Shown one piece after another: positions 35,121-48,796 of a stretch of DNA of 64,000 bases. A program made the position numbers and the translations under genes. Origin of the DNA: Malacoraja senta (Eukaryota); assembly GCA_038087875.1 (NCBI GenBank), contig CM075996.1, forward strand, positions 2,172,001 through 2,236,000. The letters run 5' to 3'. The notes beneath the pieces were generated by a model, which saw only the letters and a list, made by a program, of their open reading frames with translations, was not told the DNA's origin and did no database searches. Position 1 is the stretch's first letter, and every line of letters begins with the position of its first letter.

Positions 35121-35885
35121 AAGCTTTTCACTGTACCTCGGTACATATGACAATAAACTAAACTGGATTGGGCAGTGAAAGCATTGACAATCCAGATGGA
35201 TTCTCATAATGATCCGATAGTTTCTTCCTGCTTGATGCTCGTGACACTGCCTCTCTATTCCAAATATATCCATCTAGCTAAATTTAAATTCCCTGCTGGC
35301 TTAATATTACATAAACCTCCAACTACTTTCACTTCAGCATACTGCTGATATCACACTTGGAGCACTGCGTGCATTTCTGTTCACCCAGCTACAGGATGGA
35401 TGTCATTGAGTTGGAAAGGGTAGAGAAGAGATTCGCCAGGATATTACCTGGGCTTGCGTGCTCGAGATATAGAGATACGTAGGATAGGATGGGATGGGAT
35501 GGGATGGGATGGGACATTTCTGTTTGCATCATAGGAGCATGAGGGGTGACATTATCGAGGTGCACATGGTCACGAGGGGCATGGATAAAGTGAATGTTCA
35601 CAGGGTAGAGGATTCTAAAACTAGAGGCCATAGGCGTTTAAGGTGAGAGGGGACTGATTTAAGAGGAACCTCAGGGGCAACGTTTCCACTCAGAGGGTGG
35701 TCCATATCTGGAATGAAATGCCAGAGGAAGCTATAGAAATAGTTACAAGTATTTGGACAGATAGATGGATAGGAATGGTTGAGAGGGATATGGGCTTAAA
35801 TGCAGACAGCTGGGACCAGCTCAATGTACCAACGATCAGTATGGGTCAACGGGCCTGTTTCACCACTGTACAGCTCTTTGCTTCT

Positions 35886-36320
35886 TTTTATTTTTTATTT
35901 ATTATTTTTTAAATTATTTTAATTTTATTAGAAGTAAGTACAATTGTATACAATCATGTTTTCATAATACATTTTATGTACAGCTTCTTATTTTTTTTAA
36001 TTTTTATAATAAAGAAGAAAAAGAAAAAGAAGTTAGATAATGAAAAATAGAAAAATGTGAGATATATAATGTGTGGAAAAGAAAAATAGAGAGTGAAAGA
36101 AGAAAGTTAAAGAATAGAAAATAGGAAAAAGAGAATAAAAGAAGAAAAGGGAAGAAAAAGAAAAAAGAGGTAAGGAGATTTTATTTATAATCTTGACCAT
36201 CTCTCGCCCAGTCACGAGTTAGCTTTTACAATTGTGTTGCACCATATGATTCCAAAAAGACGACAAATGGACACCAACTCGTTGTGAATTGGTCAAATTT
36301 ATCTATTAGGAGGAATCGCA
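35886..36320 (-). mobile_element. L1/Tx1-like LINE 3' fragment with A-rich tail, between 75-bp direct repeats
   Basis: The minus strand reads MRFLLIDKFDQFTTSWCPFVVFLESYGATQL-stop, then a pyrimidine-rich UTR and an A-rich tail. Confidence 0.55.
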
Positions 36321-36399
36321 TGGGACCAGCTCAATGTACCAACGATCAGTATAGGCCAACAGGCCTGTTTCACCACTGTACAGCTCTTTGCTTCTAAAG

Positions 36400-37385
36400 G
36401 CAGTGAAGAAAGCAAATGGCATGTTGGCCTTCATAGCGAGAGGATTTGAGCTGAGCAGCAAGGAGGTCCTACTGCAGTTGTACTGAGCCCTGGTGAGACC
36501 ACACCTGGAGTATTGTGTGCAGTTTTGGTCTCCTAGTTTGAGGTAGGACATTCTTGCTATTGAGGGAGTGCAGCGTAGGTTCACCAGGTTAATTCCCGGG
36601 ATGGCAGAACTGACATATGACGAAAGAATGGATCGACTGGATTATATTCACTTGAATTTAGAAGGATGAGAGGGAATCTTATAGAAACATATAGAATTAT
36701 TAATGGATTGAACAGGCTAGATGCAGGAAAAATGTTCCCGATGTTGGGGGAGCCCAGAACCAGGGGATACCGTTTAAGAATAAGAGTTAGGCCATTTAGG
36801 ACTGAGATGAGGAAACACCTTTTCACCCAGAGAGATGTGAATCTGGGAATTCTCTGCAACAGAAGGCAGTGAAGGCCAATTCACACAATGTATTCAAGAG
36901 AGAGTTGGATGTGGCTCTTAGGGCTAACGGAATCAAGGGATATTTGGGGAGAAAGCAGGAACGGGGTACTGATTCTGGATGATCAGCCATGATCATATTG
37001 AATGGCGGTGCTGACTCAAAGGGCCGAATGGCCTACTCCTGCACATGTTTCTATGTTTCCATCCTTACATTCCTGCAACTATACTTGCATCTACACAATC
37101 AGAGTGTATGTGCTGTTTAACAAGTAGTTATCTTATTATTGCATATGGAGTTAGGTATTGTCTTCAACATGAGTGGGTACAACCAGGTTTGATACTACTT
37201 TCTCTGGACGCTTTCAAGAGAGAGCTAGATAGGGCTCTTAAAAATAGCGGAGTCAGGGGATATGGGGAGAAGGCAGGAACGGGGTACTGATTGGGAATGA
37301 TCAGCCATGATCACATTGAATGGCGGTGCTGGCTCGAAGGGCCAAATGGCCTACTCCTGCACCTATTGTCTATTGTCTATTGTCT
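36400..37385 (+). mobile_element. CR1 LINE 3' fragments (36400-37065 and 37200-37385)
   Basis: KKANGMLAFIARG, RPHLEYCVQFW and 3'UTR tails. Confidence 0.85.
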
Positions 37386-37689
37386 ACTTTGGCTTTGATG
37401 GTTGAGAGCTTACCCTGGTGTTGTAGCACAAGTATTTTATGTTTTAATAGTAATTTCCTGACCACACTGGATCTTGGCTTTCCTTTCAACCCATCCATGG
37501 AATTGGCTCAGTGCTCTACAAGAGAGTGGATAGAGAAGTTTCACTTGAAAATTTCATTCCAGATTTATTCCTTCTCACGTTTCAGATTTCCCTGACACGT
37601 TTTCACTGTGCATAGATTCCACAGATAGACGCGTTGTTGTACACTGCTACTTTGCAATGTGTGACCATATGCTCTCAGCAGTTAAGATG

Positions 37690-38490
37690 ATCAAATCTCG
37701 GGTGGTTACCATAGCATCCGCGATGGGAAACCAAGACCGATTGGCTTCAACCCAGACAGATGGAGGAGAGTGGCGGTGCGGGGAGCCAATGGCCGGCTTA
37801 TTCGAGCGAAGCGGGGGTTGGTAGGGATTGGTAAACGCCGTGAAGTTTAACGCTGGCCCGGGCGTGGGATTGAGTGGACGGACGGTGCCGGGCGAAGTTT
37901 CAGTGGGGAGGAGACGGGAGCTGTCCGCTGTGCTGAAACGCGCACGGGGAGCTGTCCGGCTGCTGAAATACTCCACTCAACTTGGGCCGTATAGCTCACG
38001 ACTTGCTCCCCGATACCATACCATACCATAGGATAGAACTTTATTTATCTCAGGAGGGAAATTGACTCTGACGAAAGGCGTGGGTACAAAGGACTTACCG
38101 CCCATCGACAACAAGATTAATCCGTGAAACCATGACCCAATCGAATCGAATGTGCCTTGAGCACATGTAATCCGTCGGAAGAAAAAAACATGTCTCTATT
38201 TGACTATCTTGTCCACGGGACGCGTTATATTTCTGTTACAATCCACCAATAGAATTATCAAGGACGTTGGGAAAGAAAAAGGGGTCACTTTACTAAACTT
38301 CTGATAATATATTCCGAGCGGCCTTAAATTTCGCGATGGTTGCAACTGGAATTGTTTAGGGCGACCCGCTGATCAGAATATCTGCACACACTCGCGGCGG
38401 GGTCGTAGCTGGCGGCAATATGGAGATAAGGAAGGAACAATTGAGGAAATTGGCTGGTGACGGCCTGGGACGCCTGCACAGGTGAGTGGG
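37690..38490. promoter_or_regulatory. CpG-rich promoter region of an unidentified gene; probable non-coding first exon ending at donor CAG|gtgagt (38481/38482)
   Basis: High CpG density and no repeats. RFX X-box-like GTTACCATAGCATC 37705-37718; CCAAT/ATTGG at 37740, 37786 and 37827; GC-box gggcgtgg 37861. The CpG-rich, repeat-poor sequence continues to ~42600. Confidence 0.6.
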
Positions 38491-41400
38491 TTTTTTTTCT
38501 CTCTGAGAAAGAGTCGCCCCATAATTGATATGTACAACTGCCGTGCTAGTTTAAAGGCAGAATTATTCGTTGATTTCCCCGCGCGCGTTGCAGGCCGACT
38601 GATCTTCCCCTTCCGCATGTGTTTTCAAATGAGAGATTAACATCTTAGATATTGAATATATACCAGGAACATTGTCTTTCTTGCAATTAGCGTGTGTCCA
38701 ATGTGTCTGTAAACTGCCCTGCGATCCGGTTAGAAATGTCCACACCTACTATTGGAATCCATCGCCGGCGCTGTTCCACGATGCCTGCATTTCTGATCAC
38801 TCGTTTTAACCTTTATTTATAATCATTATATCAATTATTATTTGACTTGCAAGGCGACGGGCTCAAAACGAAGAACGAATATCGTAGGTTAATGATTAGC
38901 TGGGTGGGCTTAGTACAAACGGGCTGTGAAATTCGACATCCTTTAACGAAGATTGCATCCCCTCTTCCAATTATTGTGTTTTGGCTTTCCTTCATTTTGT
39001 ATTAAATTATCCCAGCGAGGTTTGTTTAGTGTATAATGTTGATATTCGTGTTAACTATCTCTGGGGAAATCCATCTTCGCCCCACATTGCTGACACCTCC
39101 TTACCTGGCGCTACTTTGGTGGATTGAGGACATTTCTAACAAGACGTGCACGTTCGAATGCTCCTTTTTCTGCCCCTAATCGTGTTCCATCCACTCGATC
39201 AATAGTCAAAAGAAAAATGAAGGATGTGCCGGCTTGCACCGACCAAGGATACGACATCTTGATTTTACAAAGTCAAAAAGGGCATTGACTTTACAGGAAA
39301 ATGGGAGTCTGTTTTTTTTTTTTTAACTCGGGAATGCATCAAATATGGACGATTCCTTCTGCGCTATAAAGCAGAGAATCGGCCACTTTGCGATAATATT
39401 GCATCAATTTAACTCTGATATCCTGGTGTACCATGTCACGGACTCATTTGCCCCAGTCTTGCGCCCGGTCATTCTGTTGAGTGATTTAAACCTTTCCTTC
39501 CACAAATTTGCCCGATTTACACTGATGCCGCCGAACAATACACGTCCAGTTAATTTTGCTCTTGAAGTTTAAAATAAAATGCTTATCGGATTTATATATG
39601 GCACAGGTTTAAACCGTTCCTTAGGCGATTACCTTACGCTAATTGCAATTGAATGGCTGCATTCTGGTAAAAAAATACCGTTGCAAACAAGCGATTTTCT
39701 GAATCATATCCTGTTTTGAATTCCTTCCCTTTTAGCTTGGCTGAAAGTCATTCCCCGTAGAAAAGAAATGATCTCTGGCTGATAAATAATTTAAGCGAGT
39801 GGAGCGCATTTCTGTCCTCGCCCTCTCTAATCATCCCTCTCTTTCTACATTTAGACCATCTTCTATCACGAAAGCAGGCAGATTTCGGCGGAATGTGTAC
39901 ATATTTAGCCCTGCTCTTAGTAATCTGCACCATACATGTTCTGCAGGCAGTAATATACTTATGATGGCAAGCTCTTGGCTGAAAGGCTGATTATTTGTGA
40001 CGATTTCACAAGCATATTATCATTCTAATCCTACTGGGGGTTGGATCGTGCGTTGAGTGATTTCCCCCCCCCCCCCCCCTCTAAATTGTAATTCCACAAG
40101 TGAAGTTGGAAATATTGAACGGTGAAGGGGTAGTTTTTATTTTAAACCGCTGCCAGTTATCAAAGCAAAACCGTTTTCAAGTTAAATGTTGAACCTAGGT
40201 GCTGCAAATACTAATAATTTGAGGGTTTCGCTATTTACCTCGTGTTACTCCAAAGCTGGCGTTAACCACTGCATAAAATGTAGTAACATGGTTTGGGGAT
40301 ATCAGTTTTAATTATATCACTAACAGACTACCAAGAGGGATTTTAAAATACAGAAAGTTACGTTATATTCAGCAATTTTATTGAATCCGATCCACCCCTT
40401 TTTATTAAACCCAGCCTTCTGAATTTTGTCCCGCTGAGTTACTCCAGCATTTTGTGTCTATCTTCAGAACGTTACCCCATTCTTCTCCCGTTACAAACTC
40501 GGGGGACCTGAGCAGGCGCTTAAAGACTGCATTTTTCGATATGATTATTTTCAATATTTCAGTGTAAACCGTGCAAGACCTACCCTTGCCGTGAAACGAC
40601 CCGCCCGCTCACAACTCCCTGAAACGTGCCCATCTAAAAATGGTCTCGAACGCCTTCCACTTGCTTCCTCTTTTAAAGAGTGAAATTTTTTATAAATGTC
40701 CTAAAAAAAACCGTGGCGGAATAAAGTCTAACGATGCTGTGTGAATGGCGAGTCTGGTTTCCGATTTGAAACTTCATCAAAAAAAGTCGAGAATTGATGA
40801 TAATCAGCCAGAAACCGTTGGCTCGGTGACCAACTAATGTTGCCGGCACGAAATCTGAGCAAATTGCCGCTTTGTGTTATAAACGCAATTATCTAACATC
40901 TACAACGACGGATCGGTTAATGATAACCCAAATCGTTAATAATTCATGTGATCAATTAGTCCTCGGCCAGGCAGGTTTCGTTTGAATCTCTTCCAGTCTA
41001 ATTATTGAATCCGCATTTAGAAATTCCTAGTTGTGTTGAGATCCAAATATCTGTGAATTATTTGTAAACCTTGTTCTGGTCTGAGATTCCCGCATGTTCC
41101 CTCCCATCCGATCTAGTTATTCATTGTTGTAGAATTGGCCGTTCAAAATTCAGTTAGCCATTGGCAAAAGGTATCAACCAACATTTGGGGGGGGGGGGGG
41201 GAGATGGTGTTTGCAGGGGGATTATTGTCAAAACGCTAAAATGCGACGAAATTATTAATCAGACCAACTCCGGGGCAATGTTTATTTGATCATCTCTGAT
41301 TAAAAATCCGTTTCTGTTTAATTTCAACGCCACGTCAAACGACTGTTCGCGTGCTGAGGATTAAGATTGATGAATTGGATTCCTGGATTATTGCTTGTAC

Positions 41401-44391
41401 CGGATGGGATTAGAATCAGGTTTACAATTCTAAAGGGAATAGAGGGAGGGGTGTGTGTGTGTGTGTGGGGGGGGGGGGCTGTTTGTGTACACACTGAATC
41501 GCACCAAAGATAGACACAAAATGCTGGAATAACTCAGCGAAATGTCGCCCATTCCTTCTCTCCAGAGATGCTGTCTGTCCCGCTGAGTTATTCCATCATT
41601 TTGTATCTATTTTCGGTGTAGCCCAGCATCTGCAGTTCCCTCCTGCACACTGAATCATATCAACCTGCCTCGCCACAACGCAAACTTCCACTGGCAAATG
41701 TATTTGTTGTAAACCACCCTTCTTTCTCACACGACCAGCTAACAGTCCCCGATGGGGTTTCTGACGACAACTCGCCTCCAGATATGCGATACAAAACGAG
41801 TTAGCTTTCCAAAGGTAGACTCAAAAATAATTCAATTTGCAACATAAATATCAGTAAACCATTTCCACTCGGATGAAAGGGAATGAAGGTAGACACAAAA
41901 TACTGGAGTAATTCAGCGGGTCAGGCAGCATCGCTGGAGAACGGGGAATACGTGACATTTCGGGTCGAGACTCTTCTTCAGACCCAAAACGTCACATCTT
42001 CCTTCTCTCCAGAGATGCTGCCTGAACCGCTGAGTTTTGTGTCCATCTTCGGTTTAAACCAGCATCTGCAGTTCCTTCCGACAGTTTAGATTTCCAAATT
42101 TGGGTTGGACCCAGAACTCACTAGTATTGCTGTAACTCATCCATAATTCAATCCCTGCCCTATAACCCATACTCTGATTTTTCCTATAATTATGTCCAGT
42201 GAAGATGAGCCATTAGTCAGATCTATAGCGATGTGTTGGTTCATTCTAAGTTTGGTTGCAGGCCGGCGGGTTTAATGTTGGAACGGGGAACACGGCGCTC
42301 ATTTGGAAATTTCCGGAACATTAAGGTGTCAAAGGCGATTTTTCCGTCGGTTTTTCCGATTATTTTCAATCAAAATTCCGGCCGGTTATTTAAACAACAA
42401 GCGTGGCGAAACATCGTGCCGCGGGGGCGGGGGCAACGTTCAAGGGACAACATCTCCCAAGGGCGGCTTAAGATGGGTAAAACGGCCAATGTCATCACTA
42501 TCACAGGAACAGAGATGAATAATAGATTTTAGATTGCCACGTGATCTGATCAAGAGGTCAGAGAATTCCTCTGGGGAACGAGATTCAGCAATTTATCCGC
42601 CCTACAGCGGTTTTAGATATCAAGTACCTTGCAAACGAGGGCTCTCAACGAGGGTACACAAAAATGCTGGAGAAACTCAGCGGGTGCAGCAGGGCTCTCA
42701 ACGAGGGCCTGAGCTACAAGGAGAGGTTGGGCCGGCTAGGACATTTTTCCCCTTGGAGCTCAGAAGACTGAGGAGTGATCTTATGGAGGTGTATAAGATC
42801 ACGATGGGAATCGATGGGGTGAATGCACAGGCTCTTTCTCCCACAGTAGGGAAATCAAGATCCCGAGGGAATGGGTTTAAGGTGAGAGGAGAAAGATTTA
42901 AAAGGAACCTGAGAGGTCCACAACATCAACCTTTCCTATCCATGTACCTGTCCAAATGTCTCTTAAATGTGGTTATATTACCTGTCTCAACTACGTACTA
43001 TAACAACCTCTGGCAGCTCGTTCCATACACCCACCAATCTCTGTGGGGAAAAGGTGCTCCTCAGGTGGCTATTAAATTGTTCGTCTCTCACCTTAAACCT
43101 ATGTCCTCTGGTTCTTGATCCTCCTGTCCTGGGGGGGGGGGGGGGAAATATTCTGTGCATTCACTCTATTTATTCCCCTCATGATTTTATGCATCTTTAT
43201 AAGGTGTCACCTTCTCCATAAATGATAGTTAAAAGACCAGGTTCCAATAGGCCAATTGTAGGCTAGGGTTTTGGGCGCCAACAATTGGGCTACCAGAGAA
43301 CCAGCTCATCTGTTGATGGCCCTGGTTTGTTCTTGTCTTTTCTTGCTTCTTCCACCCCCTTCCCCCCCTACTTTCAGTTTGAACAAGTCTCCCAACCCAA
43401 AACAGCATCTATCCTTTCTCTCCAGAGATGCTGTCTGACCCGTTGAGTTACTCCAGCACTTTGTGTCTATCTTTGGCATAAACCAGCATCTGCAGTTCTT
43501 TGTTTCTACCTTCTTGATTATGTTTAGCAAATTGGCCTCTAGATCTCATCTGACCTCAAATCTGCGACTTCATGAAAATACTATAGGTTTACCACCCTCA
43601 AAAAATGTTACCATCTCAGTCCATAACGTCTCTCCTAAGATTGTGACCCTGGTTCAATAAATGCCAGCCAGGGGAAACATCTGACTAAATAAGACACAAA
43701 GTGTTGTAGTAACTTAGCAGGTTGGGCAGCATCCCTGGAGAACACGGATAGATGAAGTTCCAGGTCTTGAGATTGGTTGTAGCAGGGAGGAAAGAAAACT
43801 GGAAGAGAGGAGGGGCGGGACAAAGCCTGGCTGGCTTGTAAGATTCCCTGCAATTCTTATGTTCGAATCTTGGAAATTCAGGAATCATCCGTTGGAAATG
43901 AATTCAGATTTGTAAATTGGACGCGCTGGAGACGGCAGATGCTGGAATCTGGAGCAGCTAACAATCTGTTGGAGGGGCTCTAGAACAAGGAATGTTGTGA
44001 CAAGCTGATTGTTTGTGTTCCAATTATGTGCTGCGATGAAAAGAAATGTAAATGCAAGAGTAGAGATTAGGGGGAGAAGGCAGGAGAATGGGGTTAGGAG
44101 GGAGAGGTAGATCAGCCATGATTGAATGGTGGAGTAGACTTGATGGGCCGAATGGCCTAATTCTACTCCTATTCCTTATGACCTTATGATATACAGGCAG
44201 ATGTGATGGTCGGCATCATTATCGGCACAGACATTGTGGGCTGAAGGGCCTGTTTACATGCAGGCAGAGGGGATTAGTTAAACCTGACACCATGTTCGGC
44301 ATGGACATAGTGGGCGCAAGGGCCTGTTCCTGTACTGCACTGTTCTATCTTCTATGAGTATTTTGAAAAGGACGAGTAAAGCACTATAGAA

Positions 44392-44693
44392 AGGCACAGT
44401 GGCATAGTGCTCGAGCTGCTTCCTTATAACACTAGAGGCCCGGGCTCGATCCGCTGTCTGTACGGAGTTTGCCTGTTCTCCCTATGACCACGTGGGTTTT
44501 CTCCGGGTGCTCCGGTTTCCCCCCCACACTCCAAAGATGTCACAGGTTTGTAGGTCAATTGGCTTCTGTAATAATTGTAAATTTGTCGCTAGTGTGTGTA
44601 GGACGGTGTTGGCGGACAGGGGTGATCGCTGGTCGGCGCGGACTCGGTGGGCCGAAGGGCCTGTTCCCGCGCTGTATCTCTAAACTAAACTAA
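44392..44693 (+). mobile_element. HE1-type V-SINE
   Basis: Head, V-domain and tail. Confidence 0.8.
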
Positions 44694-47031
44694 ATGCAAG
44701 TCTGCCGCGATTTAAAATATATCCCGAGTAATTAATAAGACATTTGGAGGATGCAATTATTCGTCAGAGGCTGTTTGACGTAATATTTGATCAGGAGTGA
44801 GACGATGTTCCCGTCAACGTTGGATCGACTGACACTGAATTAAAGTTATTGAGATGGTGCCAGAATTCTTCAGCCCCCCCCCCCCCCCCCACCTGGAGAG
44901 GCAGCTGTCAGCCAGAATTGCACGGCACAGTGGCACAAACTCCAGGCAAGGTCATCAGCCTGCTTTCCCTTTCCTCTGCTTTATTAATCTGTAAATGTCT
45001 TTCATTGTATATTATCCAGTTAACCCCAGGACGTGGGTCTTTGCATCCCGACTGAGCTACAGCTCAGGCACTCTGACCGTAGAATCACCAGAGCTCTGGC
45101 CTTCGTGTTATAGTCAAGCAAAGCCAGGTCTTTATTTCAAGAACGCTTTGTTCTTTAAGACTTTAAGGTCATGAGTCTGATGCTTGACGCATGCGTCACA
45201 GAACCCCTGGCGGTGTTTCGAATCTTCCTTTTATCTTTCGAATGTGAAGACACCAAGGTGGAATCGCAAGGAACTGCAGATGCGGGTTTACAAGAAAAGG
45301 GACAAAGTGCCGGAGGAACTGTAGAAGGCTCCCGACCCATAAACGTCACCTATCCGCCCAGTCTGAAGAAGGGTTTCGGCCCGAAACGTTACCTATTTCC
45401 TTCGCTCCATAGATGCTGCTGCACCCGCTGAGTTTCTCCAGCATTTTTGTGTACCTTCTCCAGAGACCTGCTGAGTTACTCCAGCACTTTGTGTCATTTT
45501 GTGGAAACCAGCATCTGCAGTCCCTTGTTTCCACTGCTGGAGTAACTCAGCGGGTCAGGCAGCATCTGTGGAGAACATGGATAGGTGACGTTTCACAGAG
45601 TGCTGGAGTAACTCAGCGGGGGGGGGGGGGGGGTTGGGTCAGGCAGCATCTCCGGAGAACATGGATAGTAACGTTACGAGGAGCTGCAGATGCTGGTTTA
45701 TACCAAAGACACAAAGTGATGGAGTAACTCAGCGTCTCTTGAGAACATGGATAGGTCTGAAAAAGGGTCTCGACCAGAAACGTCACCTATCCATGTTCTC
45801 CACAGATGCTGCCTGACCCGCTGAGTTACGCCAGCATTTTCTGTCTAACTTAGGGTCCTGGGGGATTGGGGTTGGGATTCTGGGGGTGCCTGTCCTTATT
45901 TTAAATTGCTTTAACAATGTTCCATGTTTGATGGTATTGGTTTATTGTTGACAGGAGGCTGTAAAAACTAAGTTTATATAAGGCAAAAGGACACAGAGTG
46001 CTGGAGTAACTCAGCGGGTCAGGCAGCATCTGTGGAGAACATGGATAGGTGACGTTTCGGGTTGTGACCCTTCTGATTGAACCGTCCCGGCTTGAAACGT
46101 CACCTAGTCATGATCTCCAGAGATGCTGCCTGAGCCATTGAGTTACTCCAGCAAGTTGTGTAAAGAGAGCAGCTTCAGCCCATTTTGAGACGGATCCATC
46201 CCAGGTTTAACACCTTGCATTACTTTAATCCTCATGGCTGCCCTAGGGGAATAGTGTTGGGTGGCAAAGCGTAGCTGTTCCATCCAGTCCCAATGGTTTT
46301 TCGTCTGGTCTGGTCTTGAAATTGTGGTCACTGCCGAACTAAACCTTTAATGCGGTAACCGCCTCGTGAAAGATCAGCCATTTTGTGAATATCTGCAAGA
46401 GTTACATTTGGAGACTTTCAAAATGATGACGAGATTTAAATCTATTTAAAAAAAAATCCATGCAGTGAAAAGCCTCAGTAGTATCCAGAACAGAATGAAA
46501 GGTTATTAAAGATAGCAACGATGCAATTACGCTGGAAAGGATGAAGAAAAGATTTACAACAATATTGCCTGAGTTGAGGGTTTGAGCTACAGAGAGATGT
46601 TGGGTCGGCTGCGACTCTATTCTTTGGAGTGCAGGAGACTGACGGGTGATCTTATAGAGGTGTATAAAATCATTGGGCAATATATAGGGTGAATACATAG
46701 AGTATTTTTCCTAGAGTAGGGGAATCAAGAGCCAGAACGCATAGGTTTAACGTAAGAGGGGAAAGATTTAATTGGAACTTGAAGGGCATTTTTTTCACAC
46801 AGAGGGCGATGGGTATATGGAACGAGCTGCCAGGGGAAATAGTTGAGATATTTAAATGACGTAGGCAGGTACATGGATTGGAAATGTGGAAGACCATGAC
46901 AAAGGAGCAGAATTAGGCCATTCAGCCCATTGAGTCAAACATGGCTGATCTATTATTCCCTCTGACCCCATTCTCCTGCCTTCTCCCCATAAGACTCAGG
47001 GGGTCTCTTTTGCCAAACACAGGCAAATGGG

Positions 47032-47158
47032 TCTGAGGAAGGGTCTCGACCCGAAACATCACCCATTCCTTCTCTCCAGAGATGCTACATGTCCCGCTGA
47101 GTTACTCCAATATTTTGTATCTATCTTCGATTTAAACCAGCATCTGCAGTTCCTTCCA
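47032..47158 (+). mobile_element. Penelope-derived short retroelement with a hammerhead core and a 13-bp TSD
   Basis: acaggcaaatggg at 47019-47031 and 47159-47171; CTGAGGA-A-GGGTC-TC-GACCC-GAAAC-ATC at 47033-47060. Confidence 0.75.
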
Positions 47159-48428
47159 ACAGGCAAATGGGACTAGCTTAAATGGTCATCTTGGCTGGCA
47201 TGACGAGTTGGGCCGAAGGGCCTGTTTCTGTACTGTGTGACTCTATGACTCTAAGTGTGTGCCTTAAACATTGTGTCATAGCAGAGCAGATGAATAAATG
47301 ATTCAGTCCTTCATTATTTACCGATCTTTGTCCGTAATCGTTGATATTTTTACCCAATTAAAAGTCTATTGATGTTTGAACATCGTTAGGGTCATCTTAG
47401 GTTGAAAGAAGCTGAAGTGAAGAGCTAGAAATGTCCTCTACCACCAGGAGTGAAGGTAAAACAGGTTCACCTACAAAATGATTTGCATTAATTTGAGCTG
47501 CATTCCATGGAGTTTAGTTGAGTTATGATCTAATTAAGATCTAATTTAAAAAAAAAAGATGAGGTAAATCAATGGGTCAAGCAGCATCTCTGGAGAATGT
47601 TCATAAGTCATAGACACGGAAGTAGGCCATTCAGCCCATCAAGTCCACTCCGCCATTTAATCATGGCTGATCTATCTCTCCCTATCAACTCCATGATCCT
47701 GCCTTCTCCCCATAACCCTTGACACCCAGACTAATCAAGAATCTGTCGATCTCCACCTTAAAAATACTCAATGACTTGGCCTCCACAGCAGTTTGTTCTC
47801 CACAGATGCTGCCGATCAGTGAGTTACTCCAGCACTTTGTGTCTTTTTTTTTGTAAACCAGCATCTGCATTTCCTTGTGTCTCTAAGTTCTAAATAAGTT
47901 GTACAAAATGGTCAGCTGTGATCTTGTGGGTGGTGGAGCTAATGGGTCTATTCTTGCTGTTACTTATGTTTTAAAGAGATTCAGCAGTCACTGGTCAGGG
48001 ACCCTGGATGATAGAGAGGCTAAAGATAGACGCTAAAAGCTGGAGTAACTCAGCGGGTCAAGTCAAGTCACTTTTATTTCTACAGCACATTTAAAAAAGA
48101 ACTCTCGTTGGCCAAAGTGCTTTACATTGGTGGAGATACTAACGTTATACAACAGTGGTTCATAGATTAAATACAAACATCACTACATACATACAGCCCT
48201 CGCTCAGAGGACGTCAAGAAAGGCTTGGGAGTAGAGATGAGTTTTAAGTCTCGACTTAAAGGAGTCGATGGAGGGGGCAGTTCTGATGGGAAGAGGGATG
48301 CTGTTCGCTGGAGAACGGGAATAGATGATGTTTTCGGGTCGAGTCCCTTCATCAGACTGAAGAGAGGCCATTCTGGAATGAGATAGATAGATCGTGGAAG
48401 TTTGTAACCCTTTCTCCATCCTTGATCT

Positions 48429-48733
48429 GGGTGCCGCGATGGCGCAGCGGTAGAGTTTACAGCGCCAGAGACCCGGGATCGATCCCAATTACGGGTGCTG
48501 TCTATACGGAGTTTGCACGTTCTCCCCGTGACCTGCGTGGGTTTTCTCCGAGATCTCCGGTTTCCTCACACACTCCAAAGACGTACGGGTTTGTAGTTAA
48601 ATTGGCTTGGTATAAATGTAAATTGCCCCAGTGTGTGTGTAGGATAGTGTTAGTGTGCGGGGATCGCTGGTCGGTACAGACTTCTCTACAGGGCCGGATT
48701 TCTTGTTGTATCACTAAGAAACCAAACTAAACT
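48429..48733 (+). mobile_element. HE1-type V-SINE
   Basis: Head, V-domain and tail. Confidence 0.8.
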
Positions 48734-48796
48734 TAGCCCTCCCAAAAAAAACAATCATTTTTTGTTTTTAAAGATCTGTTCCTTTCTGAGGTCATA

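Noticed and set aside
37700..37750. MHC class II S-X-Y module
   Set aside because: The X-to-Y spacing is about 7 bp shorter than in the recalled HLA-DRA promoter, there is no X2/CRE site, and no MHC exons are nearby.
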